A stretch of 64,000 nt of DNA from sequence record NZ_CP041047.1, one strand, 5' to 3'. How positions within the stretch are numbered: the first letter of the stretch is position 1; each line of letters opens with the position of its first letter. Shown here one piece after another: positions 25,070 to 42,284 of the stretch. This DNA comes from a plasmid. Both the position numbers and the translations under genes were made by a program. A model generated the notes under the pieces. The model was given only the letters and a program-made list of their open reading frames with translations, searched no databases and had not been told where the DNA came from.

Positions 25070-26575
25070 ATGGAAACCAAAGATCTTATCGTTATTGGCG
25101 GGGGCATCAACGGTGCCGGTATTGCGGCGGACGCCGCCGGGCGAGGTTTATCCGTGCTGATGCTGGAAGCCCAGGACTTAGCTTGCGCGACCTCCAGCGC
25201 CAGCTCAAAATTAATTCACGGTGGCCTGCGCTACCTTGAACACTATGAATTTCGTCTGGTTAGCGAGGCGCTGGCCGAGCGTGAAGTGCTGCTGAAAATG
25301 GCACCGCACATTGCCTTCCCGATGCGCTTCCGCTTGCCGCATCGCCCCCATTTACGTCCGGCGTGGATGATCCGCATAGGTCTTTTTATGTACGATAATC
25401 TGGGGAAACGCACCAGTTTACCCGGATCGCAAAGTTTGCGTTTTGGCTCAGAATCGGTCCTCAAACCTGAAATCGTGCGCGGTTTCGAATATTCTGACTG
25501 CTGGGTCGATGATGCCCGTCTGGTACTGGCGAATGCGCAGATGGTTGTCAAAAAAGGCGGTGAAGTGCGCACCCGCACCCGCGCCATCTCAGCAAAACGT
25601 GAAAACGGACTGTGGATTGTTGAAGCGGAAGATATCGACACCGGGGAAAAATTTAGCTGGCAAGCACGCGGTCTGGTCAATGCCACCGGCCCATGGGTTA
25701 AGCAGTTCTTTGATGACGGGATGCATTTGCCGTCTCCGTATGGTATTCGCCTGATTAAAGGCAGCCATATCGTGGTACCGCGCGTTCATTCACAAAAGCA
25801 GGCGTATATTCTGCAAAACGAAGATAAACGTATCGTCTTCGTGATTCCGTGGATGGATGAGTTTTCTATCATCGGCACCACCGATGTGGAATATAAAGGC
25901 GACCCGAAAAACGTCGAAATCGACGAAAGTGAAGTGAATTACCTGTTGAAGGTCTATAACGCGCACTTTAAAAAGCAACTGACGCGCAATGACATTGTCT
26001 GGACTTACTCCGGTGTGCGCCCGCTGTGTGACGATGAGTCGGATTCTCCGCAGGCAATCACCCGCGACTACACGCTGGATATTCACGATCAGGACGGCAA
26101 AGCGCCGCTGCTTTCCGTCTTTGGTGGCAAACTCACGACCTACCGTAAGCTGGCTGAACATGCGATGGAAAAACTGGCCTCCTATTATGAAGGTATCGGC
26201 CCCGCATGGACCAAAAACTGTGTGTTACCCGGCGGTGAACTGGCGGGCTATCGTGATGATTACGCTGCAAAACTGCGTCGCCGTTACCCGTTCATTAGCG
26301 AATCGCTGGCTCGCCATTACGCACGGACCTATGGCAGCAATACCGAGTTGATTCTGGCCGGAGCCAGTAGCATCGAGGACCTGGGTGAAAACTTCGGGCA
26401 CGAGCTGTACGAAGCCGAGCTGCGCTACCTGGTTGAGCATGAGTGGGTGCGCCGTCTGGATGATGCCATCTGGCGTCGTACCAAACTGGGCATGTGGCTC
26501 AATGCCGACGAGCAGTCCCGCGTAGCCCAGTGGCTGGCTCGCCACAGCAAAGCAGAACTCTCGCTGGCCTCGTAA
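25070..26575 (+). CDS. glpD: GlpD aerobic glycerol-3-phosphate dehydrogenase (501 aa)
   Basis: FAD-binding GGGINGAGIA; length and sequence match GlpD. Confidence 0.95.
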   Translation: METKDLIVIGGGINGAGIAADAAGRGLSVLMLEAQDLACATSSASSKLIHGGLRYLEHYEFRLVSEALAEREVLLKMAPHIAFPMRFRLPHRPHLRPAWMIRIGLFMYDNLGKRTSLPGSQSLRFGSESVLKPEIVRGFEYSDCWVDDARLVLANAQMVVKKGGEVRTRTRAISAKRENGLWIVEAEDIDTGEKFSWQARGLVNATGPWVKQFFDDGMHLPSPYGIRLIKGSHIVVPRVHSQKQAYILQNEDKRIVFVIPWMDEFSIIGTTDVEYKGDPKNVEIDESEVNYLLKVYNAHFKKQLTRNDIVWTYSGVRPLCDDESDSPQAITRDYTLDIHDQDGKAPLLSVFGGKLTTYRKLAEHAMEKLASYYEGIGPAWTKNCVLPGGELAGYRDDYAAKLRRRYPFISESLARHYARTYGSNTELILAGASSIEDLGENFGHELYEAELRYLVEHEWVRRLDDAIWRRTKLGMWLNADEQSRVAQWLARHSKAELSLAS

Positions 26576-26580
26576 TCGTG

Positions 26581-26613
26581 CCCCCGCTGAGAGATGCTCA
26601 GCGGGGGTTTTAT
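26581..26613 (+). terminator. glpD intrinsic terminator (cccccgctgagagatgctcagcggggg plus T-run)
   Basis: perfect hairpin 6 bp after the glpD stop. Confidence 0.7.
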
Positions 26614-26762
26614 GACGCGGCAGCGGGGGCTTACAATGAAAGCCCACAGTGCCTCAACATAAACAGTCTTCCCCTCATCCGCACCTATCCCCTGCCGCCT
26701 TATCCTTGTTTGTCGACTCACTACAGAGACCAGACAGGAGGGTTTATCCCTTTCATCTTCTG

Positions 26763-26788
26763 AAAAAAAACGGAGCCCTGAGGCTCCG
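26763..26788 (-). terminator. glgP intrinsic terminator (cggagcc(ctga)ggctccg plus T-run on the minus strand)
   Basis: hairpin 30 bp after the glgP stop. Confidence 0.65.
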
Positions 26789-26818
26789 TGCGGTATTTAT
26801 GTCAAAAGCAAAAGTGAC

Positions 26819-30719
<3,901 letters not shown>

Positions 30720-30810
30720 TATCGCTCCTGTCAAAACCGCTAACACTTAGCGGGCGCTAGCGGGAAAAACAGCGCGCGGACCCCTTCCGCGCAAGGTTAT
30801 CTCGATGCTG

Positions 30811-32097
30811 TTACTCTTGTTGCAACTTACGCAGCATTTCGCGCGTCACCAGTACAATCCCCTCTTCGGAGCGGTAGAACCGACGGGCGTCTTCTTCGGC
30901 ATTTTCACCAATGATCGTCCCTTCCGGGATGACACAGGCCCGGTCAATAACGCAACGCCGCAAGCGACAGGAGCGTCCGACCCAGACCTCCGGTAAAAGA
31001 ACCGCAGAGTCGATATTGCAGAACGAGTTCACACGCACCCGTGAGAACAATACCGATTGCACCACTACCGATCCGGATATCACACATCCACCGGAAACCA
31101 GTGAGTTCAGCGTCATACCGTGACTTCCCGATCTGTCCTGAACAAATTTCGCCGGTGGTAAAGATTCATTATAGGTACGTATTGGCCAGTTACGGTCATA
31201 CATGTCCAGTTCAGGTACAACTGATGCGAGATCGAGGTTTGCTTTCCAGTACGCTTCGAGGGTTCCTACGTCACGCCAGTAGGGTTCTGATTCAGGGTCC
31301 GAATGCACACAGGACAGTGGGAAGGGATGTGCATAAGCCATGCCAGACTTGGTTATCAGCGGGATGATATCTTTGCCGAAATCGTGACTGGAATTTTCAT
31401 TCTTGTCGTCTTCTTCGAGCAACTCATAAAGGTACTCAGCGTCGAAAACATAAATTCCCATGCTGGCGAGCGATTTTGTGCTGTCATTCGGCATTGAAGG
31501 CGGGTTGGCGGGTTTTTCGACAAACTCAATAACTTTGTCGTTTTCATCCACCGCCATGACGCCAAACGCACTTGCCTCTTCAATGGGCACCGGCAGACAA
31601 GCCACGGTGCAACGCGCACCTTTTTCGACATGATCGATAAGCATGCGTGAATAGTCCTGCTTATAGATATGGTCGCCGGCCAGAATGACGATGTACTCCG
31701 CACCATAACGGCGAATGATGTCGAGGTTTTGCGTAACCGCATCGGCAGTGCCGCGATACCAGCTCTCGCCATGCACACGCTGCTGAGCAGGCAACAGATC
31801 GACAAATTCGTTCATCTCTTCGTTGAAGAAGGACCAGCCACGCTGAATATGCTGCACCAGCGTGTGGGATTGATACTGCGTGATCACACCAATACGACGA
31901 ATACCGGAGTTAATGCAGTTGGATAATGCGAAATCGATAATACGGAACTTACCGCCGAAGTGAACCGCGGGTTTGGCGCGTTTTTTTGTCAAATCTTTAA
32001 GGCGGGTCCCGCGCCCTCCCGCAAGTATCAGGGCTACAGATTTTAATGGCAGCTGGCGCGCTAACATTAAGGGATCGTTCTTATCTAATCTAACCAT
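30811..32097 (-). CDS. glgC: GlgC glucose-1-phosphate adenylyltransferase (428 aa)
   Basis: [13 protein letters not shown] nucleotidyltransferase motif; synteny. Confidence 0.95.
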   Translation of the reverse strand: MVRLDKNDPLMLARQLPLKSVALILAGGRGTRLKDLTKKRAKPAVHFGGKFRIIDFALSNCINSGIRRIGVITQYQSHTLVQHIQRGWSFFNEEMNEFVDLLPAQQRVHGESWYRGTADAVTQNLDIIRRYGAEYIVILAGDHIYKQDYSRMLIDHVEKGARCTVACLPVPIEEASAFGVMAVDENDKVIEFVEKPANPPSMPNDSTKSLASMGIYVFDAEYLYELLEEDDKNENSSHDFGKDIIPLITKSGMAYAHPFPLSCVHSDPESEPYWRDVGTLEAYWKANLDLASVVPELDMYDRNWPIRTYNESLPPAKFVQDRSGSHGMTLNSLVSGGCVISGSVVVQSVLFSRVRVNSFCNIDSAVLLPEVWVGRSCRLRRCVIDRACVIPEGTIIGENAEEDARRFYRSEEGIVLVTREMLRKLQQE

Positions 32098-32111
32098 GAC
32101 TAACTCCTTTT

Positions 32112-34091
32112 TTATGACCTTTCAAAGACGCACACTCCGTGCGCGGGCCCATGCCAGACAGCCATCACTACCGGATTATCCTCACCGGCAAACGGAGGAA
32201 CAGCACGCCATTCCCCTTCTGGTAGCGCAATCTCTGCAACTTCATGCGTGCCGTTAATCGCCAGCAGTACACGATCGGACAGCAGAATTTGCAGACGGTG
32301 GACACCGCTTTGCCACTCCGCAACACTGAGAGGCTGCGCTTCCTTATTAAGCCAACGCACGTTGCCATCCCCCTCTTCCCACCATGCACCCCGGGTTAAT
32401 GCGGGAATACGCTGGCGGAGGTGAATCAACGCGGCGGTAAATGCCATCAGCCCACTGTTAGCGTGTTGCCAGTCAAGCCAGGTCAACGCGTTGTCCTGAC
32501 AGTAAGCGTTGTTATTACCGTGCTGGCTATGACCATGCTCGTCACCGGCCAGCAACATTGGTGTTCCCTGGGACAATAGCAGTGTTGTTAACAGGGCATG
32601 GACGCTTGCTCGCCTCCTTTCTGTTACATCAAAACTGCTACTTAGCCCTTCTATACCATGATTATTACTGTGGTTGTTGTTAGTACCGTCGCGATTTTCC
32701 TCACCATTCGCTTCGTTATGCTTATGGTTGAAACTCACGCAATCACGCAATGTAAACCCGTCATGCGCCGTCACCAGATTGACCGACGCATGGGGCAGAC
32801 GCCCTTCGCGACGGAACATATCGCTGGATGCGGCAAAGCGCCCGGCAAACTCCCCAGGCGAGAGTGACTGCTCCAGCCAGAAACGGCGCGTTGCATCACG
32901 AAAATGATCATTCCATTCGGCAAACAACGGCGGAAAATTCCCCACCTGGTAACCGCCCCAGCCGATATCCCAAGGCTCAGCGATAAGCTTCACCTGGGAG
33001 AGCAACGGACAGTTTTTGATTGCCTCAAACAACGGCGCCTGCTGGCTGAATGCCGGCGTGCGGCCCATAATCGTAGCCAAATCAAAACGAAAGCCGTCGA
33101 TATGGAAAGTCTCTACCCAATATTTCAGGCAAGCATATGCATAAGCCACGCCGCCTGGATGACTCAGGTTTAACGTATTGCCGCAACCGGTCCAGTTTTC
33201 GTAATCGCCGTCATCCCTGATCCAATAATAGCTACGGTTATCAATTCCGCGCAGGGAGAGGGTTGGCCCATCAAGGTCAATTTCAGCGCTGTGGTTCAGC
33301 ACGATATCAAGGATGACCTCAATACCGTTTTGATGCAGTGACTTAACCGCATCACGCAACTCATTGATGGCCGACTCGGGAGAGGTGGCATAACGCGGGT
33401 CAAGCGCAAAGAGCGCCAGCGGGTTATAGCCCCAGTAGTTACTTAAACCCAGACGTTGCAGGCGCGGCTCACTGATAAAATGCGCCACCGGCATCAGCTC
33501 AAGCGCGGTGATACCCAGCGTTTTGAAGTAGTTGATCATTACCGGATGACCAAGGGCTTTATAGGTACCGCGAATCTCAGCGGGCAAATCCGGGTGCAGA
33601 TACGTCAACCCTTTGACATGCGCTTCATAGATGACTGTATTACCCCATGGCGTGCGTGGCGCGGCATCATTCTCCCAGTCAAACGTGTCATCCACGACCA
33701 CGCTTTTTGGCGCGATGGCCGCGCTGTCATGTGGATCAGGAGAATCATAGCCGCCGTGCAACAATGGGCTGTCTTTCACATCACCTTCGACACGGCGCGC
33801 ACAGGGATCGAGAAGTAGCTTCGCCGGGTTAAAGCGATGCCCCTGACCAGGTTCCCACGGGCCGTGTACACGGTAGCCATAACGCGTACCGGGCAACGCA
33901 TTCGCCAGGAAACCGTGCCAGACATCGCCGCTACGGGCGGGTAAGTCAAAACGCTGTTCGTTGCCTTCGTCATCAAAAATGCACAGCTCCACTCGCTCCG
34001 CATGTGCCGAAAATAGCGTGAAATTCACGCCATTTTCCTCCACATGGGCTCCCAGTGGCGTCGCGTTGCCTGCGGTCAGCCTGGTCATCAC
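32112..34091 (-). CDS. glgX: GlgX glycogen debranching enzyme (659 aa)
   Basis: GH13 catalytic regions; overlaps the glgB stop as in enterobacterial glg operons. Confidence 0.95.
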   Translation of the reverse strand: MMTRLTAGNATPLGAHVEENGVNFTLFSAHAERVELCIFDDEGNEQRFDLPARSGDVWHGFLANALPGTRYGYRVHGPWEPGQGHRFNPAKLLLDPCARRVEGDVKDSPLLHGGYDSPDPHDSAAIAPKSVVVDDTFDWENDAAPRTPWGNTVIYEAHVKGLTYLHPDLPAEIRGTYKALGHPVMINYFKTLGITALELMPVAHFISEPRLQRLGLSNYWGYNPLALFALDPRYATSPESAINELRDAVKSLHQNGIEVILDIVLNHSAEIDLDGPTLSLRGIDNRSYYWIRDDGDYENWTGCGNTLNLSHPGGVAYAYACLKYWVETFHIDGFRFDLATIMGRTPAFSQQAPLFEAIKNCPLLSQVKLIAEPWDIGWGGYQVGNFPPLFAEWNDHFRDATRRFWLEQSLSPGEFAGRFAASSDMFRREGRLPHASVNLVTAHDGFTLRDCVSFNHKHNEANGEENRDGTNNNHSNNHGIEGLSSSFDVTERRRASVHALLTTLLLSQGTPMLLAGDEHGHSQHGNNNAYCQDNALTWLDWQHANSGLMAFTAALIHLRQRIPALTRGAWWEEGDGNVRWLNKEAQPLSVAEWQSGVHRLQILLSDRVLLAINGTHEVAEIALPEGEWRAVPPFAGEDNPVVMAVWHGPAHGVCVFERS

Positions 34092-36271
34092 CCCTCCCGC
34101 ACAAACCAGACGGTTGCCAGCGGCGGAATCGTCACCGAGAGAGATTGCGCCCTGCCGTTCATCGGGATTTCATCACTGTGCACGCCACCGCCATTGCCGG
34201 TATTGCTGCCGTGATAGTGCATCGAATCCGTATTTAATTCTTCACGCCAGCGCCCCGGCTGGTTGATACCAAAGCGGTAGTTATGGCGCGGTACGGGGGT
34301 GAAATTGCTGACAACAATAATTTCGTTCCCGGCTTTATCGCGACGCACAAAGACAAACACCGAGTTTTCATGGTCATCCACCACCAGCCATTCAAAGCCA
34401 TACGGGTCAAAATCCAGCTCATGCAACGCTTTGTGATGACGGTAGACGTGGTTCATATCCCGCACCAGACGCTGCACGCCGTGGTGCCAGTTATCGCCCC
34501 CTTCAAGCAGATGCCAGTCGAGGCTACTGTCATGGTTCCACTCACGCCCCTGCGCAAATTCGTTACCCATAAACAGCAGTTTTTTACCAGGGAAAGCCCA
34601 CATCCAGGCGTAGTAAGCACGCAGGTTGGCAAACTTCTGCCACGCATCGCCGGGCATACGGTCAAGAATAGATTTCTTGCCATGCACCACTTCGTCATGG
34701 GACAGCGGCAACACGAAATTTTCCGTGTAGTTGTAGAGCATGCCAAAGGTGAGTTTGTCGTGATGATGTTTGCGATAGACCGGATCGAGCTTCATGTAAT
34801 CCAGGGTGTCGTGCATCCAGCCGAGGTTCCACTTGTACCAGAAGCCCAGGCCGCCCAGCGAAGGCGGACGCGAGACGCCGGCAAAGTCGGTGGACTCTTC
34901 CGCCATACTCACCGCGCCAGGAACCTGCTCGCCAAGAATGCGGTTGGTGCTACGCAAAAACTCGATGGCTTCGAGATTTTCCCGCCCACCAAATTCGTTG
35001 GGGATCCACTCGCCTTGTTTACGGCTGTAATCGCGGTAAATCATCGAGGCGACGGCATCCACGCGCAGGGCATCAATACCAAAACGCTCAACCCAGTAGA
35101 GCGCATTGCCCACCAGATAGTTGCTGACTTCACGGCGACCATAGTTATAAATCAGGGTATTCCAGTCCTGATGGTAACCTTCACGCGGATCGCTGTGTTC
35201 ATAGAGCGCGGTGCCGTCAAATTCGGCCAGAGCAAAGTCATCGGACGGGAAATGACCTGGTACCCAGTCCAGAATCACATTCAACCCAGCGGCATGAGCC
35301 GCTTTGATAAAGTAGATAAAATCATCACGCGTGCCAAAACGGCGCGTCGGGGCATAGAGGCCCGTTGGCTGATAACCCCAGCTTCCGTCAAACGGATGCT
35401 CATTAACGGGCAGCAACTCCAGATGGGTGAAGCCCATCCATTTTGCATACGGCACCAGTTGGTCCGCCAGCTCACGGTAGCTCAGCCAGAAATTATTGTC
35501 CGTGTGACGACGCCATGACCCCAGATGGACCTCGTAGATGGAGATGGGCGCATCAAATTCGTTGGCCTTTTTACGCTCTTGCGTCTGCGCTATCTTTTCC
35601 GGCAGATCGCAAATCATGGATGCTGTTTCCGGGCGCATCTGCGCTTCAAAAGCGTAAGGGTCAGATTTGATCCGCAGCTTGCCGTGCGCATCAATCATCT
35701 CAAATTTATAGAGCTGCCCATTGTGCGCACCCGGAATGAAAAGTTCCCAGATACCGCTTTCACGGCGCAGGCGCATGGGATGGCGGCGACCATCCCAGTA
35801 GTTAAATTGCCCGACGACGGAAACCCGGCGGGCATTTGGCGCCCACACAGAGAAGCGGGTCCCGGTCACGCCGTCCATTGTATCTGCGTGCGCGCCCAGC
35901 GTTTCGTAAGGTCTCAGGTGGGTGCCTTCGGAAAGCAGCCAGGCGTCCATATCCTGAATCAATGGACCAAAGCGGTAAGGATCGTCGATAAGGTTCTGCT
36001 GCCCATGCCAGATAACGGCCAACTGGTAGCGAAAGGGGTTTTTGCGTCGCGGCAGAACGCCACTAAAGAAACCGCGTGAATCAAGGCAATCAAGATTGCC
36101 TACTTTGCGCCCGGTTTTGGGTTCAATAACCCAGACCTCGGTCGCGTCAGGTAATAATGCGCGGACTTCCAGCCCGGCTTCCGTCTGGTGCATGCCGAGG
36201 ACGGAAAAGGGGTCTGCAAAATGGCCTTCAATGAGCGCATTAATCACGTCTCTATCTACAAAAACAGACAT
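34088..36271 (-). CDS. glgB: GlgB 1,4-alpha-glucan branching enzyme (727 aa)
   Basis: GH13 branching-enzyme sequence; about 92% identical to E. coli GlgB as recalled. Confidence 0.95.
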   Translation of the reverse strand: MSVFVDRDVINALIEGHFADPFSVLGMHQTEAGLEVRALLPDATEVWVIEPKTGRKVGNLDCLDSRGFFSGVLPRRKNPFRYQLAVIWHGQQNLIDDPYRFGPLIQDMDAWLLSEGTHLRPYETLGAHADTMDGVTGTRFSVWAPNARRVSVVGQFNYWDGRRHPMRLRRESGIWELFIPGAHNGQLYKFEMIDAHGKLRIKSDPYAFEAQMRPETASMICDLPEKIAQTQERKKANEFDAPISIYEVHLGSWRRHTDNNFWLSYRELADQLVPYAKWMGFTHLELLPVNEHPFDGSWGYQPTGLYAPTRRFGTRDDFIYFIKAAHAAGLNVILDWVPGHFPSDDFALAEFDGTALYEHSDPREGYHQDWNTLIYNYGRREVSNYLVGNALYWVERFGIDALRVDAVASMIYRDYSRKQGEWIPNEFGGRENLEAIEFLRSTNRILGEQVPGAVSMAEESTDFAGVSRPPSLGGLGFWYKWNLGWMHDTLDYMKLDPVYRKHHHDKLTFGMLYNYTENFVLPLSHDEVVHGKKSILDRMPGDAWQKFANLRAYYAWMWAFPGKKLLFMGNEFAQGREWNHDSSLDWHLLEGGDNWHHGVQRLVRDMNHVYRHHKALHELDFDPYGFEWLVVDDHENSVFVFVRRDKAGNEIIVVSNFTPVPRHNYRFGINQPGRWREELNTDSMHYHGSNTGNGGGVHSDEIPMNGRAQSLSVTIPPLATVWFVREG

Positions 36272-36490
36272 GGTTTAATCCTTGTTATTTATGTCACACC
36301 TTTCCCGGCAAGGTTATACGCCCAGCTGTGACATTTTTTTTGACCTGAACGGCGCAGCACATAATGTGCATCCTCTCTGCTCCGTCCTACCTTCAGGCAG
36401 AATGCGTAAACACCCCACTTAAAGCATAGCCAACGCTTTATCTGACTCCCGAGAAAAATATCAACATCTGCGTACACTCCGTTAATACGC

Positions 36491-36520
36491 AAAAAAAAGG
36501 GGTGACAAGCACCCCTTTTT
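36491..36520. terminator. bidirectional intrinsic terminator between asd and glgB (aaaaaaaaggggtgacaagcaccccttttt)
   Basis: perfect hairpin flanked by an A-run and a T-run. Confidence 0.7.
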
Positions 36521-36533
36521 AAACAAATTAAGA

Positions 36534-37640
36534 TTATGCGAGCTGGCGTAATACGCGGCGTAGCGGCTCCGCTGCGCCCCACAGGAGCTGGTCCCCTACG
36601 GTAAATGCAGAGAGGAAGTCCGACCCCATATTCAGCTTACGCAGACGCCCTACAGGGGTGGTCAGCGTGCCTGTTACGGCAGTTGGCGTCAGTTCACGCA
36701 TGGTGATTTCACGGTCATTCGGCACCACTTTCGCCCATGGGTTATGGGCCGCCAGCAGCTCTTCGATGGTCGGAATAGACACATCTTTTTTCAATTTAAT
36801 GGTAAATGCCTGGCTGTGGCAGCGCAGCGCACCGACGCGAACACACAAGCCATCAACCGGAATTGTGGTGGTTGTCGCGAGAATTTTGTTGGTTTCAGCC
36901 TGGCCTTTCCACTCTTCACGGCTTTGACCGTTATCCAGCTGTTTGTCGATCCAGGGGATCAGGCTACCAGCCAGCGGCACGCCGAAGTTATCGACGGGCA
37001 GTTCGCCGCTGCGAGAGAGCTGGGTAACTTTACGTTCGATATCGAGGATGGCAGAAGCCGGGTCTGCCAGCTCAGCCGCCACGTGACCATGCAGTTGCCC
37101 CATTTGCGCTAGCAATTCACGCATATGACGCGCACCGCCGCCGGAAGCAGCCTGATAAGTCGCCACAGAAACCCATTCCACCAGATCGTTGGCGAACAGA
37201 CCGCCCAGTGACATCAGCATCAGGCTGACAGTACAGTTGCCGCCCACGAAGGTTTTGATGCCTTTGTTCAGGCCGTCGGTAATCACCGCCTGGTTCACCG
37301 GGTCAAGAATAATGATGGCGTCATCTTTCATACGCAGGGAAGAAGCAGCATCGATCCAGTAACCCTGCCAACCGCTTTCACGAAGCTTTGGATAAATTTC
37401 GTTGGTATAATCGCCGCCCTGGCAGGTGACAATGATGTCGAGGGCCTTCAGTGCTTCCAGATCGAATGCGTCCTGCAACGTACCGGTAGACTTACCGCCG
37501 AACGTCGGGGCTGCCTGACCAAGCTGGGAAGTAGAGAAGAAGACCGGGCGAATGGCGTCGAAGTCGCGCTCTTCTACCATGCGTTGCATGAGTACGGAGC
37601 CGACCATTCCGCGCCAACCGATAAAACCAACATTTTTCAT
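36534..37640 (-). CDS. asd: Asd aspartate-semialdehyde dehydrogenase (368 aa; the ORF track extends upstream to 37865 into the IS5 end)
   Basis: [21 protein letters not shown]...; active-site Cys region; about 93% identical to E. coli Asd. Confidence 0.95.
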   Translation of the reverse strand: MKNVGFIGWRGMVGSVLMQRMVEERDFDAIRPVFFSTSQLGQAAPTFGGKSTGTLQDAFDLEALKALDIIVTCQGGDYTNEIYPKLRESGWQGYWIDAASSLRMKDDAIIILDPVNQAVITDGLNKGIKTFVGGNCTVSLMLMSLGGLFANDLVEWVSVATYQAASGGGARHMRELLAQMGQLHGHVAAELADPASAILDIERKVTQLSRSGELPVDNFGVPLAGSLIPWIDKQLDNGQSREEWKGQAETNKILATTTTIPVDGLCVRVGALRCHSQAFTIKLKKDVSIPTIEELLAAHNPWAKVVPNDREITMRELTPTAVTGTLTTPVGRLRKLNMGSDFLSAFTVGDQLLWGAAEPLRRVLRQLA

Positions 37641-37699
37641 AGCGTATTTCCTGCGAAGGTGTGTGCTGTTAGTGCGAGCCAGTATCCAACTGGCGCTAA

Positions 37700-38895
<1,196 letters not shown>

Positions 38896-40071
38896 TTAGT
38901 ACACCGGGTGCAGCTGAGTCTCTTCAGTTTCACCATTCTGCTGGTTAGCGCCATCGGTATCGGCATCAGTCGCATCGTCAGCACCGCCGTTGTTTTCAGC
39001 ACTATCACCGTCGTTGTCACCATTAGCTTCAGCATCTTCTGCCTGTTTTGCTGATTCCAGTTCAGCCAGGGTAGCCATCAGAGTACGGGCCATTTCAGGA
39101 GTCAGGCGTAAGACGACTTCTTCCGGCACGGTTTCCGTAATTTCGATCTGATTTTCATGCTCACCTTCCGGCTGCGGCGGGATCTGGTCGCGCAGCTGGC
39201 TCAGGGTTGGCAACAGGCTGTCGAAGGTTTTACGGATAACTTTCGGTTTCAGGCCAGTCTTTTTCTTGGAACTCACGAATTTGGCAGTGACGCGGGTTTT
39301 CCCAGCTCCTTCTGCCTTTTTCAGGGATTCCATCAGGACTTCATACGGGTCGCGGTCAGTACCCTGACATTCGTTAATAACGTCAACGGCAACGTCACCA
39401 GATACCTTATCTTCTTTCACCAGCATCTTGATGCTGAAGTCAGCGTTTGCCAGCACGATACTGCGGCGAACGGTGACCAGAGAGACACCCAGACGCTGAG
39501 CAATCGACTCAATGGTGTGACCCCAGCCAATCAGGCGCTTGAAGCCTTCAGCGCGTTCCACCATCTTCAACTGAAGGGAGTTGGCGCTCTCGATCATGTT
39601 GTAGACTTCTTCGTCCTTGCCGCCTTCAAATTCCTCGACGGTGATTTTCTGGAAGCTCGCGCCCTCAGCAATCGCCATCATCAGGCCAGCAAAACGGTGG
39701 TGGCCATCAATGATTTTCAGGCGGGTTACGCCTTCCACTACTACTGGTTTAACGCGGATGACAGGCACTGACTGAGGACGTTCCAGATAAGCGTGTTTGA
39801 ACATTACCGCACGGTCATAATTTACGTCGCGGAGGTTCAGTCCCTCTTCCACAAACAACCAGTACGGGCTCACCGCAAAGACGTTGTTACGCCCGATATC
39901 GGCTTCTTCGAACTGTTCCGTATTGCCGCTTTTACGCGCTTTGGTTACGAAATCGCTCAGTGCTCGGAGTGATGATGGCGCTTTGTCTAAGCTGCGCATC
40001 AGTACCGCAGCGCCTTCCAGATTTTCCAGGGTACGGCTTTGTTCGAAGATAGCTTTAACGTCGGTGTTCAT
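38896..40071 (-). CDS. ParB-like nuclease-domain protein (391 aa) with acidic low-complexity C-terminal tail
   Basis: ParB/Srx N-domain IIDGHHRF. The stop codon TAA overlaps the TTAG target duplication of the IS5 composite element. Conserved motif 77 bp upstream. Confidence 0.6.
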   Translation of the reverse strand: MNTDVKAIFEQSRTLENLEGAAVLMRSLDKAPSSLRALSDFVTKARKSGNTEQFEEADIGRNNVFAVSPYWLFVEEGLNLRDVNYDRAVMFKHAYLERPQSVPVIRVKPVVVEGVTRLKIIDGHHRFAGLMMAIAEGASFQKITVEEFEGGKDEEVYNMIESANSLQLKMVERAEGFKRLIGWGHTIESIAQRLGVSLVTVRRSIVLANADFSIKMLVKEDKVSGDVAVDVINECQGTDRDPYEVLMESLKKAEGAGKTRVTAKFVSSKKKTGLKPKVIRKTFDSLLPTLSQLRDQIPPQPEGEHENQIEITETVPEEVVLRLTPEMARTLMATLAELESAKQAEDAEANGDNDGDSAENNGGADDATDADTDGANQQNGETEETQLHPVY

Positions 40072-40147
40072 GGTGTTTCTCCGCTTTAGTTATTGTGTCG
40101 CGAGGTTCGTTGCTTGCTGTAAATCCAGTTAAACACACACCAAACAG

Positions 40148-40156
40148 GTGACGAAG
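40148..40156 (+). promoter_or_regulatory. conserved motif GTGACGAAG (copy 6)
   Basis: 77 bp upstream of the 40071 start. Confidence 0.4.
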
Positions 40157-40229
40157 CGTATTTGGGGACAAAATGTCTCTTTTTTTTCGGGTACATAAAA
40201 AAGCCCTGTAATCCAGTGATTACAAGGCC

Positions 40230-40916
40230 TTAGCTCGTAATGATGACATCAAGATGGCGACGTTTTTCGATTTTGACCGCATTTTTCATCAAAATTGTCA
40301 TCACTTCATTTAGTTTTGAACTCTCCCCTTCCTCATATGAACCCCAAGGTAGGAATGGAGTAGGACTATTGATATTGAATGCAACGCCCGTAGGGCATCG
40401 CCATGCAGTTGGCTTCTTTGAGTCAGGTTCCCATTTCACCAGGAGTATTGGCGCGTTACAGTCGATGTCATCGATGGCTGGTATAGCCTCATATAAAAAC
40501 ACTCCCGCATCATCCCCACTGAAGAAAGCTAGATGCTTATACGCGCTGGCAAAAGAGACTACGCCCGCGAAAAGGCCCACAACGATGAGGTTAAGGTTCG
40601 ATGTTTTGTGACGGATACGTTTTTGCTTCAGGCGAACCATTGTCAGGGCTGACAAGAAGATAGCCACCAGCCCCCCGGCTCCTGCGAACCAAACGGAATT
40701 GATTTGCAGGAAGGAAATCAAATCACGATGCTCTCTCTGGTTTTCTTCAAGCATCAACGACACAAAAGTTGTTGTTACTGGCATTGATATCAGGAATATC
40801 GTGATCATCACTATTGCAAAAGTCTGTATGGAATAGCGGTCTCTATTTTCCTCTATAACAGAATTAAAGGATAACAGATAAACAAATGTAAATAATAAAA
40901 TGGAAAGAAGGTACAT
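40230..40916 (-). CDS. hypothetical polytopic membrane protein (228 aa), AT-rich gene
   Basis: 4-5 hydrophobic segments; low GC compared with neighbours. Confidence 0.45.
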   Translation of the reverse strand: MYLLSILLFTFVYLLSFNSVIEENRDRYSIQTFAIVMITIFLISMPVTTTFVSLMLEENQREHRDLISFLQINSVWFAGAGGLVAIFLSALTMVRLKQKRIRHKTSNLNLIVVGLFAGVVSFASAYKHLAFFSGDDAGVFLYEAIPAIDDIDCNAPILLVKWEPDSKKPTAWRCPTGVAFNINSPTPFLPWGSYEEGESSKLNEVMTILMKNAVKIEKRRHLDVIITS

Positions 40917-40936
40917 TGGTTATGCCTTTTTTTGGG

Positions 40937-41698
40937 TTATCGCTGAATTCTTTTATTTAATTCTGTTCTGAAAAATGCATACAAGAACTGCCACCCATCA
41001 CCATGAGCCGTTCTGAAATCTTTTTCAGGGAGTACCGGAAAACCAAATTTAAAATTATCTTTTCCAGTGTGGCGCTGGCAAAAGTGCGCAAGCTCATGTG
41101 CCACTACGCCTTTGATATGATCCAGTTGATTGATTGAATAAAATGCTCCGATGTCCTTACGCTGCTCTATATGTGCGTACTCATGGTAGCGATAGCGCGG
41201 TGTATCACTGTCAGGATAAATGGACGATGGTGAAATAGTGATTGAGCTCCTGCCGCCCCATGAATGTTTGGCACTCCAGTTGACCCGAACTTCAGGCGCA
41301 GGGCCGGTGAAACCATATGCCTGTCTATAGAGGTGCAGAAGATACCCTGAATACAGAAAAACAACTTTCTCCGCCGTCATAACGCGAGAAACGCCATAGC
41401 GAGCAACTGCCCTATCTCTGGCTGTCAGAACGGGGGTTTTTACCCGTGGGGAGAATAATTTTGTTGGGCTGAATAGCCAGACTTCTGAATCGTCATCAGG
41501 CATATCCAGTATCACCTGAATTTCTTCAGGCGACCCAACTCGTTGATGCCACCTTTCAAGATTATCGCCCACTTCATTCAGGCTGATTAAATCATCGGCA
41601 TTCTCGTAGAATAACCAGATCAGCGTTCCTCGTGGGAGTGCTTTCTCAGCTGTAATATGTGAGAGGATAATTTGACGTGGTGTCATCTTATTCGCCAC
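40937..41698 (-). CDS. putative zinc metallopeptidase (253 aa), HExxH motif (VAHELAHFCQRH), SprT-like
   Basis: HELAH motif followed by Cys/His residues. Confidence 0.45.
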   Translation of the reverse strand: MANKMTPRQIILSHITAEKALPRGTLIWLFYENADDLISLNEVGDNLERWHQRVGSPEEIQVILDMPDDDSEVWLFSPTKLFSPRVKTPVLTARDRAVARYGVSRVMTAEKVVFLYSGYLLHLYRQAYGFTGPAPEVRVNWSAKHSWGGRSSITISPSSIYPDSDTPRYRYHEYAHIEQRKDIGAFYSINQLDHIKGVVAHELAHFCQRHTGKDNFKFGFPVLPEKDFRTAHGDGWQFLYAFFRTELNKRIQR

Positions 41699-42005
41699 AG
41701 TTCCCGGATGCTTCTATCAGTTTTATTTTTGTTGCTTCTGCCGCCTGCATTTTTTGTTTCATCTTCTCAATGCTAGCGGTCACACGGCGGGCGCACCATT
41801 GATACGCTGCCTGACGTGATTCGAAAAACTCATAATCCGCGTGCAGGTAAACTGATGTGCCGTAGGAGACGGACATACGGTAACCCTTCGGCGTTTCATT
41901 GATGACTTCCCGTTCTTCTACACAGTTTTCAAACTCAGGGACATAATCCACGAATCGACGACGCAGAATGCAAAACAGCACCTTTATTTGGTTTTCATCA
42001 GTCAT
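41688..42005 (-). CDS. hypothetical protein (105 aa)
   Basis: ORF track; 11-nt overlap with the downstream gene. Confidence 0.4.
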   Translation of the reverse strand: MTDENQIKVLFCILRRRFVDYVPEFENCVEEREVINETPKGYRMSVSYGTSVYLHADYEFFESRQAAYQWCARRVTASIEKMKQKMQAAEATKIKLIEASGNCGE

Positions 42006-42046
42006 TTGTTATCCTCGTTATTCTTCTTATTTATCATCAACCTTTC

Positions 42047-42229
42047 TTAATTGTCGATGCTGAATACGGCGGAGCGGATTTCACGCTTGGCCTGCTGACG
42101 GGCGCGGTGTTTGCTTACACGAAGAGATCTATCGTATGCATTGTTTTTACGATAGCCACGCGAGCGGCACAGTGAACAAGTGCAGCCTTCTACTGAATAG
42201 AAAATCCCAAACGGTTTCATAAGTATCAC
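42047..42229 (-). CDS. small Cys-containing basic protein (60 aa)
   Basis: CTCSLC motif; conserved motif 45 bp upstream. Confidence 0.35.
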   Translation of the reverse strand: MILMKPFGIFYSVEGCTCSLCRSRGYRKNNAYDRSLRVSKHRARQQAKREIRSAVFSIDN

Positions 42230-42273
42230 CTTTAAGCTTGATAATAATGTTTATCATAGCTGGAGTTATTCAG

Positions 42274-42282
42274 GTGACGAAT
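42274..42282 (+). promoter_or_regulatory. conserved motif GTGACGAAT (copy 7)
   Basis: 45 bp upstream of the 42229 start. Confidence 0.4.
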
Positions 42283-42284
42283 AG

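Noticed and set aside
34283-35518. 411-aa plus-strand ORF antisense to glgB (and similar long antisense ORFs 2186-3172 opposite istA, 39157-39771 opposite the ParB-like gene, 21597-22097 opposite malT)
   Set aside because: Shadow ORFs on the opposite strand of well-supported, conserved genes; GC-rich coding regions commonly produce these.
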